Shown piece by piece: positions 1 through 9,664 of a stretch of 18,220 bases of DNA. Location of the stretch: positions 1 through 18,220 of the forward strand of contig NW_021824551.1 of assembly GCF_006345805.1 (NCBI RefSeq), in the 5' to 3' direction. The notes below the pieces were generated by a model. It ran no database searches and had not been told where the DNA came from. It was given only the letters and a program-made list of their open reading frames with translations. Position numbers and translations under genes: made by a program. Within the stretch, counting starts at the first letter, position 1; every line of letters begins with the position of its first letter. This DNA is from Octopus sinensis (lineage: Eukaryota).

Positions 1-91
1 AATAATGATAATAATAATAATAATAATAATAATATAATAATAATAATAATAATAAAGAAGAAGAAGAAGAAGAAGAAGAAAGAGAAGAAGA
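1..91. repeat. (AAT)n followed by (GAA)n microsatellites
   Basis: Direct reading of tandem trinucleotides. Confidence 0.95.
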
Positions 92-249
92 ACATTACGA
101 GGACAAAAGCAACAAGAATAATAACGACAAAATGTAACAAAGCAAAAAACACAAACATAAACAAAACAAAACTCAAACATTCCATATTTTGTAAATAATT
201 TCCAACTCTTGACAAAGCATTGTGTCATTTTGAAAGATGAAATTAATTT

Positions 250-905
250 TACCTTCTCCTTCTTTCTTTTCTTTCTTTCTTCTTCTTCTTCTTCTTCTTC
301 TTCTTCTTCTTCCTCCTCCTCCTCCTCCTCCTCCTCTCCCCCTCCTCTTTCTTACTTTTCCTCCTCCTCCTTCATTATTCTCCTCTCCTCTTTCTTCTCA
401 TCTTCCTCCTCTCTTTCTTCTAATATTTCCCACCTCCTCCTCCTTCTCCTTCTTCACTGTCCTCCTTCCTTCTTCTTTCCCTTCTCTTTCTTCTTATCTT
501 CCCTTCCTTCCCTCCCTCCCTTCCCCCTCCTACTTGTTCTTGTCATTGTTGTTCTTCATTACCATCTTCCCTTTCTCCTTCTCACCTTCCGCTCCTCCTC
601 CTCCTTTTCCTTCTCCTTCCTTTACATTATCCTCCTCCCTCCTTCTCACCCCCCTTTGTGTTCTTCTTTTCCTCCTTTTCACCCTCCTCCTTTTTCTTCT
701 TCTTCATGTCCTCCTCTTCCCTCATCTTCATTATCCTCCCCCTCCTCTTTCTCACCTTCCTCTCCTACCTTCCTCCACCGCCATTGCCACTCTCACCACA
801 TGCTCCGCCTTCTTAATCTCTCTTTATCTCTTCTTTTTCCTCTGCTCCTCCTCTCTCCCCTCTTTCTTCTTCACCTTCCTCCTCACCATCTACTTCTCAT
901 TGTCA
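250..905. repeat. Long polypyrimidine low-complexity tract (TCT/TCC repeats)
   Basis: Almost entirely C/T on + strand; explains the spurious Ser/Leu/Pro ORFs 209..982 and 237..917. Confidence 0.95.
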
Positions 906-1206
906 TGCTTCGCTTGACTAGTTCGGTGGTCATTTTTCTCATCTTGAACACTCGTGTCCCCTTGTTGAATGCCTGCCAATAAAATGTTAATATTCTTTCG
1001 TGTTTCCCCTACAGCATCAAATCAACCCCCGATGCAGCAGACCAATTTTCAGATACATTCTGACCATGACCATCTCGATTTTTTTAGTTAGATATAGCGT
1101 CTCTAGAAATATATTATCCGATGAGCTCTTTCTTAAAAGAAAAAAAAAGGTCTTGCAGATTTTTGTAGTCCCAGATATCGTGATCATCTGTAGTGTGTGT
1201 ATGTAT

Positions 1207-1394
1207 GTGGCTGTGTGGTAAGTAGCTTACTTATCAACCACATGGTTCCGGGTTCATTCCCACTGCGTGGTACTTTTGGCATGTGTCTTCTACTATAGCT
1301 TCGGGCCGACCAAAGCCTTGTGAGTGGATTTGGTAGGCGGAAACTGAAAGAGGCCCGTCGTGTATATGTATATGTAAATGTATATATATATATA
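1207..1394 (+). mobile_element. tRNA-derived SINE, family B (CORE-like), 5' half ending in internal (TA)n
   Basis: A-box-like GTGGCTGTGTGGTAAG and B-box-like GGGTTCATTCCC; closely matches 5503-5660. The matching 3' half resumes at ~3600. Confidence 0.85.
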
Positions 1395-1456
1395 TGTGTG
1401 ACAACAAAAGAAAGAATGAAACCTCCATATTATGTAAATAGAGGAATTTATCTGTA

Positions 1457-1765
1457 ATATAATATGTGACAATTATTCGGTTGCCATAATCAGATTCCGA
1501 GTTTTGGATATCGGAGCGGAAAATTGTTCCGGCATCTCGTCAGTTTTAAGACTAACAAAAATGCTATGAAAATAACCGTTAAACAAAGGGAAAGTACTAT
1601 ATAAATGACCGTTATTAAGACGAACAAAAGAGCTATTAGAATGATCGTTAAATAAAAGGAAAAAAACCTGAAGGGGAGAAAGTAAAAAAACGCTCATAGA
1701 ATTCGCGTAAGCGCGCATGTACATACATATGCAAGCGCGCACGCACACCCACGTACATGTGCCTA
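1457..1765 (-). repeat. Inverted pseudo-LTR (left arm), with a degenerate hammerhead motif at ~1490-1547
   Basis: Reverse complement of 3072-3366 (e.g. ATATGTGACAATTATTCGGTTGCCATAAT vs ATTATGGCAACCGAATAATTGTCACATAT). The hammerhead core here reads CTGACGA...CAAAAC...ATC, so GAAA is mutated. Confidence 0.92.
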
Positions 1766-2679
1766 GCATAGCTACAGATATCAATCTGACGGTTGTCAAT
1801 TTATAGGAAGCCCAACGATAGACTTAGTTATAATGTAGGCCCCTGCCATCCCCCAACAGTGTTTAAAAATTTAGTTAAAAACATTAGCAAAAGAAATTCT
1901 AGCCTCCCCTCCGATAAGGACATTTTTAATAATGATGCCCCAGTATATAATAATGCTCTAAAAAATAGTGGATTTAGCGAGGAAATAACCTATACACCCA
2001 CCACCAGTCCAATAATAAAGAAAAGGAAACATAGGAATAGGAAAACTATCTGGTTTACACCCCCCTACTCCCCTGAAGTGATCTTTAATAGAGGTAAGTA
2101 TCTCTTATCACTTATAGATAGACATTTTTCAATCAATCATAGTTACAGAAAGCTCATCAATAGACATAACTTAAAAATCAGTTTTAGCTCAACTACTAAT
2201 TTTAAAAAGATAATCGCACACAACATACAAAAACAACAAAATGAAACCGGCTGTTCATGCAAGGATAAAAATTTGTGCCCGCTAAATGGAGCTTGCATGT
2301 CCGAGACCATGATTTATGAAGTCACCGTAGACTCTACAATCACTAAGGACATAGTTTAGTCAAAGAAATATGTGGGTCTGACAGAGGGGAATTTTAAAGC
2401 CAGGTTCAACAATCACACCTTAAGCTGCAGACACTGGGATAAAAGAAAAACAACCAAATTATCCAGTCATATATGGTACTTAAAAGAAAAAGGTGTCAAT
2501 TACAACATCCATTGGAAGATCTTAGCCAAGTGTAAGCCTTACACCAACGGCAGTGGAAAGTGTAGTCATTGTGATATGGAAAGAGGGCTCATCTGGAAAG
2601 GCAGCTTAAACTCCGTACATGTTTAAATTCAAGAACTGAACTTTTTGGATCATGTCCATATATAGCAAAATATTTGTAA
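1766..2679 (+). pseudogene. Penelope-like ORF remnant: RT thumb/linker, Cys motif and GIY-YIG endonuclease
   Basis: Motifs YRKPND..HPP, IWFTPPYS, CSC..CPLNGAC, MIYEVTV...*SKKYVGLTEGNFKARFNNH, LSSHIWYLK, CSHCDME. In-frame TAG at 2357-2359. A frameshift near 2600-2620 restores the tail CLNSRTELFGSCPYIAKYL* (stop 2677-2679). The RT catalytic core is absent. Confidence 0.9.
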
Positions 2680-3071
2680 CGTTTTTGGTCCCCGCAAGAT
2701 CACAGACAGAACATGTTTTTTATATTGTGTCCATGTACAAGCATTTTATCCCTCTATATTTATATATATATATATTTTTTTTTACATATTTTTATATATA
2801 TATTTATATATTTTTATTGCTTTATATATTTTTTACATATTTTTTCTCTATATTACCTTTCACCCTTCATTTTTTGTGCATGTGCGTATATAGACGTGTA
2901 TATGAATATAACTGTGCGCGTATGGGTATGTGTACGTGTGTGTGTGCGAGTGCTTGTGTACGGATATGTATATGTGTACATGTGTATGGTTGCATATATA
3001 TGTGTACATAAAGGCGTGTGTGAGGGTGTGCATGTATGTGTTTCACGCGAGTATGAGTGAGCATGTGCATA

Positions 3072-3366
3072 TAGGCACATGTACGTGGGTGTGCGTGCGT
3101 GTATGTGTGTTTATGTATATGCGCGCATACGCGAATTCTATAAACGTTCTTTACTTTCTCCCCTTCGGGTTTTTTCCTTTTATTTAATAGCTCTTTTTTT
3201 TGTCTTAATAACGGTCATTTACATAGTAATTTCCCTTTGTTTAACGGTAATTTTCATACCATTTTTGTTTGTCTTAAAACTGACGAGACGCCGGAGCAGT
3301 TCCCCGCCCCGACATCCGAAACTCGGAGTCTTATTATGGCAACCGAATAATTGTCACATATTATAT
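3072..3366 (+). repeat. Pseudo-LTR (right arm) of the Penelope-like element
   Basis: Inverted match to 1457-1765, downstream of the ORF stop and a (TA)/(TG)-rich 3' region. Confidence 0.92.
3276..3335 (+). ncRNA. Type I hammerhead ribozyme motif in the pLTR
   Basis: CTGACGA (3280-3286), imperfect helix II GACGCCGGAGC/GCCCCGACATC, GAAA (3318-3321), palindromic helix III ACTC-G-GAGT, GTC triplet (3328-3330). Helix I is weak. Confidence 0.7.
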
Positions 3367-3371
3367 ATATA

Positions 3372-3427
3372 TGGCGGTGCCCCAGCATGGCCACAGCTCA
3401 TAAGCTGAAACTAGAATCAATCAATCA

Positions 3428-3430
<3 letters not shown>
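3372..3430 (+). mobile_element. Short retroposon 3'-end fragment with (ATCA)n tail
   Basis: GGCGGTGCCCCAGCATGGCCACAGCT-CATA-AGCTGAAAC matches the SINE-B 3' terminus at 5889-5928, but has a different hairpin sequence and tail repeat. Confidence 0.6.
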
Positions 3431-3469
<39 letters not shown>

Positions 3470-3471
<2 letters not shown>

Positions 3472-3600
3472 ATTTGCATTCTCTCTTCGAGACCCCAAGT
3501 TCAAGTTCAGTCATACGTTGCTCCTGATGGGTTGGTATGTATCCGGTTGCTCCAATAATAATAGGTATGAAACTGAAAGTTTTTCTTGGGTACTGGTATA
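3470..3600 (-). pseudogene. C-terminal fragment of an RLE-type (R4/NeSL-like) non-LTR retrotransposon
   Basis: Translation FIPIIIGATGYIPTH...ELELG resembles the 'VPIVIGALG.IP..L...LG' motif after restriction-like endonuclease domains (recalled, not searched). Abuts a (TA)n tract. Confidence 0.55.
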
Positions 3601-3725
3601 TCTGTGTCTTTGTGTCTGTGCTTCTCAACTGCCCGGCGCTTGACAAACGGCATTGGTTTACTTACATCCCGTATCAGAGCGGTTCAGTAAATGACACCGA
3701 TAGAATAATTACCAAACTTAGGATA
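3600..3725 (+). mobile_element. SINE family B, 3' half (diverged)
   Basis: GCTTGACAAACGG...GCGGTTCAGTAAATGACACCGATAGAATAA aligns with 5768-5852. Confidence 0.75.
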
Positions 3726-4077
3726 AAGAGTAAAGACCTCCTTCAGTCATAAATGACCAGTCTCTCACACCTACTTTATAATGTCATTTTAAAAATAGCA
3801 ACCACATCATCAAAATCTCAAGCTACAAACACAATCCTGTGTGCTTAATTCAAAACATTGTGAATGTATAAGCATATTTGACAGCAATCTGACTACTGCT
3901 AAATGGTTAGTCTTACCAGCTAGGAATTTCACCTACCTCACTGAAATGATCTTTGCAGGTATTCGAAAGGCCAACGAAAATGCAATTGAATATATATGCC
4001 AAAAGTGTGTGGACGTTCCGATGGAATCAATCTACATAAATAAATAAAACTTCCTAATGGTAGAATATCAGTGAAAT

Positions 4078-4199
4078 TTATTTATCGACCCCGAAAGGAA
4101 AAATTGATCTCGGCGGAATTTGAACTCAGAACGTAGCGGCAGACGAAATACCACTAAATATTTCGCCCGGCGTGCTAACGTTTCTGCCAGCTCACCGAC
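4078..4199 (-). mobile_element. SINE family A head fragment (internally deleted)
   Basis: Reverse complement of the 4681-4800 head, including B-box GAGTTCAAATTCC. Confidence 0.85.
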
Positions 4200-4489
4200 T
4201 TCTTTCATTCATCCCCTCGTCTTTGTATAAACACAACTTAGGCTCCGTTTGACGTTCTTCGCATTTTATTATTTCATTGCATCTTTCGAGTCCTTTTGGC
4301 TTAAAATAAAAATCATTCATCATCATCGTCGTCGTCATAATGCTGGGTTGGCCGAAACAATAGTGTCCTACAAGTTACTCTACATTCTGAATTTCAACTT
4401 TCTATTCATCGACTTTGACTTTCTTTTTACTTGATCAGTGTGGAAGAAAGGCTAATGATCATGGTCTTCACAGGCCCTTCGAAACAAAC

Positions 4490-4600
4490 CAATAGAATTG
4501 ATGCCATTTCTGTGCCTCTTGAAATTTTGCAAGGTAAAATCTGCTGGGAAGACAAGAGCTGGAAGGGAGTTTCAGAGGACCGATCTAGTAAATAAGAATA
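4490..4600 (-). pseudogene. Relic of a CR1/L2-group LINE ORF2 C-terminus
   Basis: Minus strand translates as RSVL*NSLPALVFPADFTLQNFKRHRNGI, matching the 'LWNSLP..VFP....L..FK' terminal motif with TGG mutated to TGA. Confidence 0.55.
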
Positions 4601-4676
4601 ATATACTACACATACGAAACCAGGTTGGGACGGCCCTTCTCGTAGCTCCATGCAAATATATTATTTAACATTTACA

Positions 4677-5070
4677 GCGAGGCGAGCTAGCAGAATCGTT
4701 AGTACGCTGGGCGAAATGCTTAGTGGTATTTCGTCCGCCGCTGCGTTCTGAGTTCAAATTCCGCCGAGGTCGACCTTGCCTTTCATCCTTTCGGGGTCGA
4801 TTAAATAAGTACCAGTTACGCACTGGAGTCGATATAATCGACTTAATCCGTTTGTCTGTCCTTGTTTGTACCCTCTGTGTGTAGACCTTGTGGGCAGTAA
4901 AGAAATGGGTATGTCGTTCATTTTTACGTTCTGAGTTCAAATTCTATCAACGTCGACATTGCTTTTCATCCTTTAGGACTCGATAAAATACGTATCAGTT
5001 AAGTACTAGGGTCGATGTAATTGACGTACTCCCTCCTCCAAAATTGCTATCCTTATGCCAAAATTTGAAG
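4677..5070 (+). mobile_element. SINE family A dimer (unit 1 with Tx1-like tail to ~4906; unit 2 with alternative tail)
   Basis: A box TAGCAGAATCGTT, B box GAGTTCAAATTCC, central GCCTTTCATCCTTTCGGGGTCGAT..AAGTACCAG (resembles the Meta/MESC domain, from recall). The second unit restarts at GGTATGTCG. Confidence 0.88.
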
Positions 5071-5359
5071 GCATTATCTAATATTCATTTTAATTCGTTT
5101 GTGTATGTGCACGAAAAGGACGGTTAATGATAGGTTCCTTTTAATAACTGAAAACACCCTCAGCCGAGACCCTGGCTGTGTCCATGTATTACGACTGATT
5201 CAATCGATTACATCGACATTTATTTCCGGCAAAAATTAGCCTAGTGCATGGTGAAAAATAATTAGTACGTAAAAACAACACGTAATGAAAGCTGTAGAAC
5301 CAATTTCAAAACGAGGTTGTTTCTTCTGTCAGATAAAAATATATTACTTCTGTATGTGT

Positions 5360-5677
5360 AAGGTCAGTAATTTGAGGGAGGGGATAAGTCGATTACATCG
5401 ATCCCTGTGCTCAACTGGTACTTATTTTTGTCGACCTCGAAAGGATGAAAGGCAAAGTCGACCTCAGCAGAATTTGAACTCAGAATGTAAAGATAGGCGC
5501 AGGAGTGGCTGTGTCGTAAGTAGCTTGTTTACCAACCACATGGTTCCGGGTTCAGTCCCACTGCGTGGCACCTTGGGCAAGTGTCTTCTACTATAGCCTT
5601 GGGCCGACCAAAGCCTTGTGAGTAGATTTAGTAGATGGAAACTGAAAGAAGCCCGTCGTATATATGTATATATATAT

Positions 5678-5709
<32 letters not shown>

Positions 5710-6020
5710 ATATATATATATATGCGTGTGTGTATGTTTGTGTGTCTGTGTTTGTCCCCCTGGCATTGCTTGACAACCGATGCTGGTGTGTTTATGTCCC
5801 CGTTACTTAGCGGTTCGGCAAAAGAGACCGATAGAATAAGTACTGGGCTTACAGAAGAATAAGTCCCGGGGTCGAGTTGCTCGATTAAAGGCGGTGCTTC
5901 AGCATGGCCGCAGTCAAATGACTGAAACAAGTAAAAGAGTAAAAGAGTAAGAGAGTAAAAGATAGACGTAATGCTGCTAAGCATTTCCCCTGGCACGCTT
6001 AACATTCTGCCGTCTAGCCA
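5360..6020 (-). mobile_element. SINE family A copy split by a nested SINE B
   Basis: Body at 5360-5496 and head at 5958-6020 join into one continuous element if the insert is removed. Confidence 0.8.
5497..5957 (+). mobile_element. Full-length SINE family B (tRNA head, CORE-like segment, internal (TA)n/(TG)n, (GTAAAAGA)n tail)
   Basis: A/B boxes, GGCACCTTGGGCAAGTGTCTT CORE-like motif, terminal hairpin CAGTC-AAAT-GACTG. TSD AAAGATAG at 5489-5496 and 5958-5965. Confidence 0.9.
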
Positions 6021-6329
6021 TCTTTCTCAGTTAAAGATATATTGTTTCTGTCACCAGAATAGAAGGCTTGTCACAAAAACAATACAGTATGACTATTTTA
6101 TTTTTTTGCTAGTGTTAGAATAAAGCATAGTTAGAAAAGAACATTCAGTGAGGTTTGTAAGAGTGCATCCGTGTATATTTGTGTGTATGCACATGTACGC
6201 CAGTGTGTTGACGTTGCTGTTTAGCCTCAAGTCAAATTTGATTGAACCAATCTATAATCGAAGACACTCCAGACACGGTTTATTCTTTGTCTCCTATATG
6301 TATGTATTTACTACATTTATGGTTTAAAG

Positions 6330-6590
6330 CAATAGTTCTCAACCATTTTTTTTCACCTATGGACCATTTTGATTTCTATTTTATTCTGATGCACTCTTAT
6401 AGCCATTCGATTTTTCAAAAATCCTATTTTGTTTTTGTAATTAAATATTTGGAATTGCAAAAAAAAAAAAAATCTTTAAAATATTTTGCGTATTGTAAAA
6501 AGTATATAACCAGTTTCTTGCACATATATTTAACAACAAAATCTTATATGGACACCCAAGGGCCATTTGGATCCCACTTGAGAACCACTG
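6330..6590. mobile_element. hAT-superfamily (Charlie/Buster-like) MITE, 261 bp
   Basis: TIRs CAATAGTTCTCAA (6330-6342) / TTGAGAACCACTG (6578-6590). Perfect 8-bp TSD GTTTAAAG (6322-6329, 6591-6598) with central TA. Confidence 0.92.
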
Positions 6591-7096
6591 GTTTAAAGAA
6601 TAAAGTATTCTTAAAACATGAAAGAGGGAGAGGAGAATGAAGTGTTAACATGCTTTTTTCTGTTGGTTTTCGCTAAAATATCTCTTTACAACATCATGCT
6701 GGAATCAAGCTGATTTCGTAGTATTGGACTAATTTTTCATTTTTAAAAATTTCTTACTTCAAACAGACTTCACATTTATAATGGTTATTCCCCTGAGTCG
6801 ACATCAGACCAGGGTTTCTACTCGCCGTAAAAGGAACTCTACTTAAAGGTATTCGCAAAAAAGAAAGACGGAAAGGAAGAAAATAAGTAAAAAAAAAAAA
6901 AAGGTGGAGGAGGAAATGGAAGAAGAGAAAAAACTATAGAGAAGTGGGATGCAATGCAATGGCGTCCAATAATCCAAATAGCAACGCTATCACGTGACCT
7001 GACATAGCTGAGTGTTAAGTGAAGTTATTTTCTTATACGGACTGCAATGCCTCCCCTCACGCATGCACAATCACACATACACATATATTGTGTACC

Positions 7097-7100
<4 letters not shown>

Positions 7101-7132
<32 letters not shown>

Positions 7133-7472
7133 TCTCTCTCCCTCTCTCTAACCGTCTCTTTCAGTCTCTCTCTCTCTTACATACATGCATATACAAATGC
7201 ACACACATACAACGCACACACGCATAAACATGCAATCAGATCTATTTCTTTTTCCTTTTTCTTTCTCCCTCTCATATTCACCTACATATTTTCTTTCTCC
7301 TTCCCCTTCTCCTACTCTATCTTCTATCTGGTTATCTTCCTTTCTTTCTTCTTTTCTTTTCCATACACTCATAGTCTTATCTTACTCTCTCTCTCTCTCT
7401 CAGTCTATCTTTCTCCACTCTTTCTCTCTTTTTCCCTCTATTTCTCTCTTTCTTCCCCTTCTCTCTCTCTCC
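7101..7472. repeat. (CT)n and pyrimidine-rich low-complexity tract
   Basis: Direct reading. Confidence 0.9.
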
Positions 7473-7839
7473 CCAACACACAACCCACAGCCAAGACAAA
7501 CAGATGGATGATGTTATAGGATAGAAATGGTGTGAGAAACGGGAGCTGTCAGAAGGGTCTTGTTAAATAGGGGTACTAACTGTTGAGGTGTGTGAGGGCA
7601 GACAGAGATAGAGATGGCGTGGGTGGGGGTGGGGGGAAGAGCGTTTCTAGAGACGCCGTGTGTTCTCTTTTAAAGATAAACAACATAGAGAACGAACCGG
7701 CTCAGGCTCCCTTAACATTGATATGGTACATGAGACTGTACTTAGTAACAACAACAACAACAACAACAAGAGGGGAAAACAACGATAACAAAAGCAGCAG
7801 TAACCGAACCTCAAAACTAACTAGAAGATGATTAGTAAA

Positions 7840-8095
7840 ACATCGTCATCGCCAGTGCAGCCGCCGTTATCGTTATCGTCATTGCCACCGCCACCGCCGC
7901 CGCCGATGCCCCCGCTGCCATTATCACATCATCATCACCATCATCTGCATCATCAACAACAATAATACTAACAAGAACAACTAGACCTTCGTATCCATCT
8001 GTCATCATCATCATCATCATCATCATCATCGTTATCATCATCGTTGTCATCATCACCATCGTCGTCTTCGTCATCATCATAACAACAGCAACAAA
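7840..8095. repeat. Compound trinucleotide repeats (CAT/CGT/CGC/CAA)
   Basis: Direct reading; source of the poly-Met/Asp ORFs. Confidence 0.9.
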
Positions 8096-8175
8096 GAAAG
8101 TAACAACGTGAGGCCGAGCATATTTTTGTTAGAACGCTATGGGTAAAGCACACACACACATAAACCAGTTATATT

Positions 8176-8730
8176 ATTTTCTACTCTTGGTACAAGGCCT
8201 GAAATTCAGGGGGAGGGGTTCCAGTCGATTAGATCGACCCCATTACGCAACTGGTACTTAATTTATAGACTCCGAAAGGATGAAAGGCAAAGTCGACCTC
8301 GGCGAAATTTGAACTCAGAACGTAAAGTCAGACGAAATACCTATTTCTTTACTACCCACAAGGGGCTAAACATAGAGTGGACAAACAAGGACAGACAAAG
8401 GGATTAAGTCGATTACATCGACCCCGAAAGGATGAAAGGCAAAGTCGACCTCGGTGGAATTTGAACTCACAACGTAACGGCAGGCGAAATACCAATTTAT
8501 TTACTACCCACAAGGGGCTAAACATAGAATGGACAAACAAGGATAGACAAAGGGATTAAGTCGATTACATCGACCTCAGTGCGTAACTGGTATTTAATTT
8601 ATCGATCCCGAAAGGATGAAAGGCAAAGTCGACCTCGGTGGAATTTGAACTCAGAACGTAACGGTAGACGAAATACCGCTAAGCATTTCACCCGGCGTGC
8701 TAACGTTTCTGCCAGCTCGCCGCCTTGAAC
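8176..8730 (-). mobile_element. SINE family A trimer with 14-bp TSD
   Basis: Three B-box/central-domain units with junctions at ~8493 and ~8341. TSD AAACCAGTTATATT at 8162-8175 and 8731-8744. Confidence 0.92.
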
Positions 8731-8966
8731 AAACCAGTTATATTGACGCCACCATTATCAGGATCATTATGTTCATAATGATTCTTGTTGATGTTTGCAT
8801 GAAATAGCAGTAAAATCTCTTCTATGTCGCACTTTATCTGCTTAAAATATAAGGATACGAGGAGCACAGAAGTCTAGAGTTTAATAACAACATGATGGTC
8901 ACGGATAGAATGTCTTTGGTTATCGATTTCTCAATAAGATTTAGCATCGTGCTAAATCACAACAGT

Positions 8967-9219
8967 GGAGATGCGTAGCTTAGTGGTTAGGATGTTGGAC
9001 TCATGATCGTAAGATTGTGGTTTCGATAACTAGACCGGGCGAATCATTGTGTTCGTGAGCAAAACACTTCATTTCATGTTGCTCCAGTCCACTCACCTGG
9101 TAAAAGTGAGTAATCCTGCGACGGACCAGCGTCCTGTCAGGCGGGGGAGTTTATACGCCATGGAAACCAGGAGACCGGCGCTTGTGAGTCAGTATGACTT
9201 GAGAAGGTACCTTTTTTTT
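8967..9219 (+). mobile_element. tRNA-derived SINE, family C
   Basis: A box TAGCTTAGTGG, B-box-like GGTTTCGATAAC, TGAGCAAAACACTT segment, T-rich end; the head is similar to 9664-9770. Confidence 0.75.
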
Positions 9220-9312
9220 AAAAAAACACAGCTACAATGAGGATAGAGACATTAAACTTTAGATGCACTAAGTCGAAAAAAAAAGGCTTATTCATTTTTG
9301 TTATGTAAGAAC

Positions 9313-9529
9313 GATTTCTGATGTTGGCACCAAGGCCAGCAATTCTGATAGAAAGGATTAATCGACATTATCGACTTCACTACTTGACTGGAACATTATT
9401 TTGTCGATCCTGGAAGGACGAAAGGCAAAGCTGACTCTCACGGGAATTGAACGCAGGACCATAGGTATCGGAAGAAATAACGCAAAGTATCTATTCTGAC
9501 GCTAAATTTATTCTGTCGATTCACTACAC
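9313..9529 (-). mobile_element. Old diverged SINE family A monomer with 18-bp TSD
   Basis: GAAGGACGAAAGGCAAAG central domain. TSD TTTTTG(T/C)TATGTAAGAAC at 9295-9312 and 9530-9547. Confidence 0.82.
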
Positions 9530-9664
9530 TTTTTGCTATGTAAGAACATAAAGAAGACATTGCAAGAGAGACGCGTGAGTTGATGCAGCCTGCTTACAGT
9601 AGAAGACATGCAACCATGACACTATCAGTCACAACAACGACGACGACAACAACAACAACAGCAG

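Larger units (their letters stand above)
1395..3366 (+). mobile_element. Penelope-like retroelement (GIY-YIG type), 5'-truncated, with inverted pseudo-LTR at its 5' end
   Basis: RT C-terminus plus GIY-YIG ORF remnant bracketed by inverted repeats 1457-1765 / 3072-3366 and flanked by (TA)n. This is the architecture known for truncated Penelope insertions. Confidence 0.88.

Noticed and set aside
209-982. 257-aa and 226-aa ORFs
   Set aside because: They are translations of a C/T low-complexity tract that lacks stops by composition.
2357-2359. In-frame stop in the GIY-YIG domain as programmed readthrough or selenocysteine
   Set aside because: The codon is TAG, not TGA, and the copy is also truncated and frameshifted, so ordinary decay is the simpler explanation.
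3755-3910. Possible right half of a piggyBac-like MITE (ends GCTAAATGGTTAG)
   Set aside because: No matching left TIR or TTAA TSD in the window; the resemblance rests only on recall.
6960-7005. CCAAT and CACGTG motifs as a promoter
   Set aside because: Short motifs expected by chance, with no associated gene.
8176-8730. Repeated GAAAGGATGAAAGGCAAAGTCGACC as a CRISPR-like array
   Set aside because: The intervening sequences are also homologous, the units are SINE bodies dispersed across the window, and there are no cas genes.
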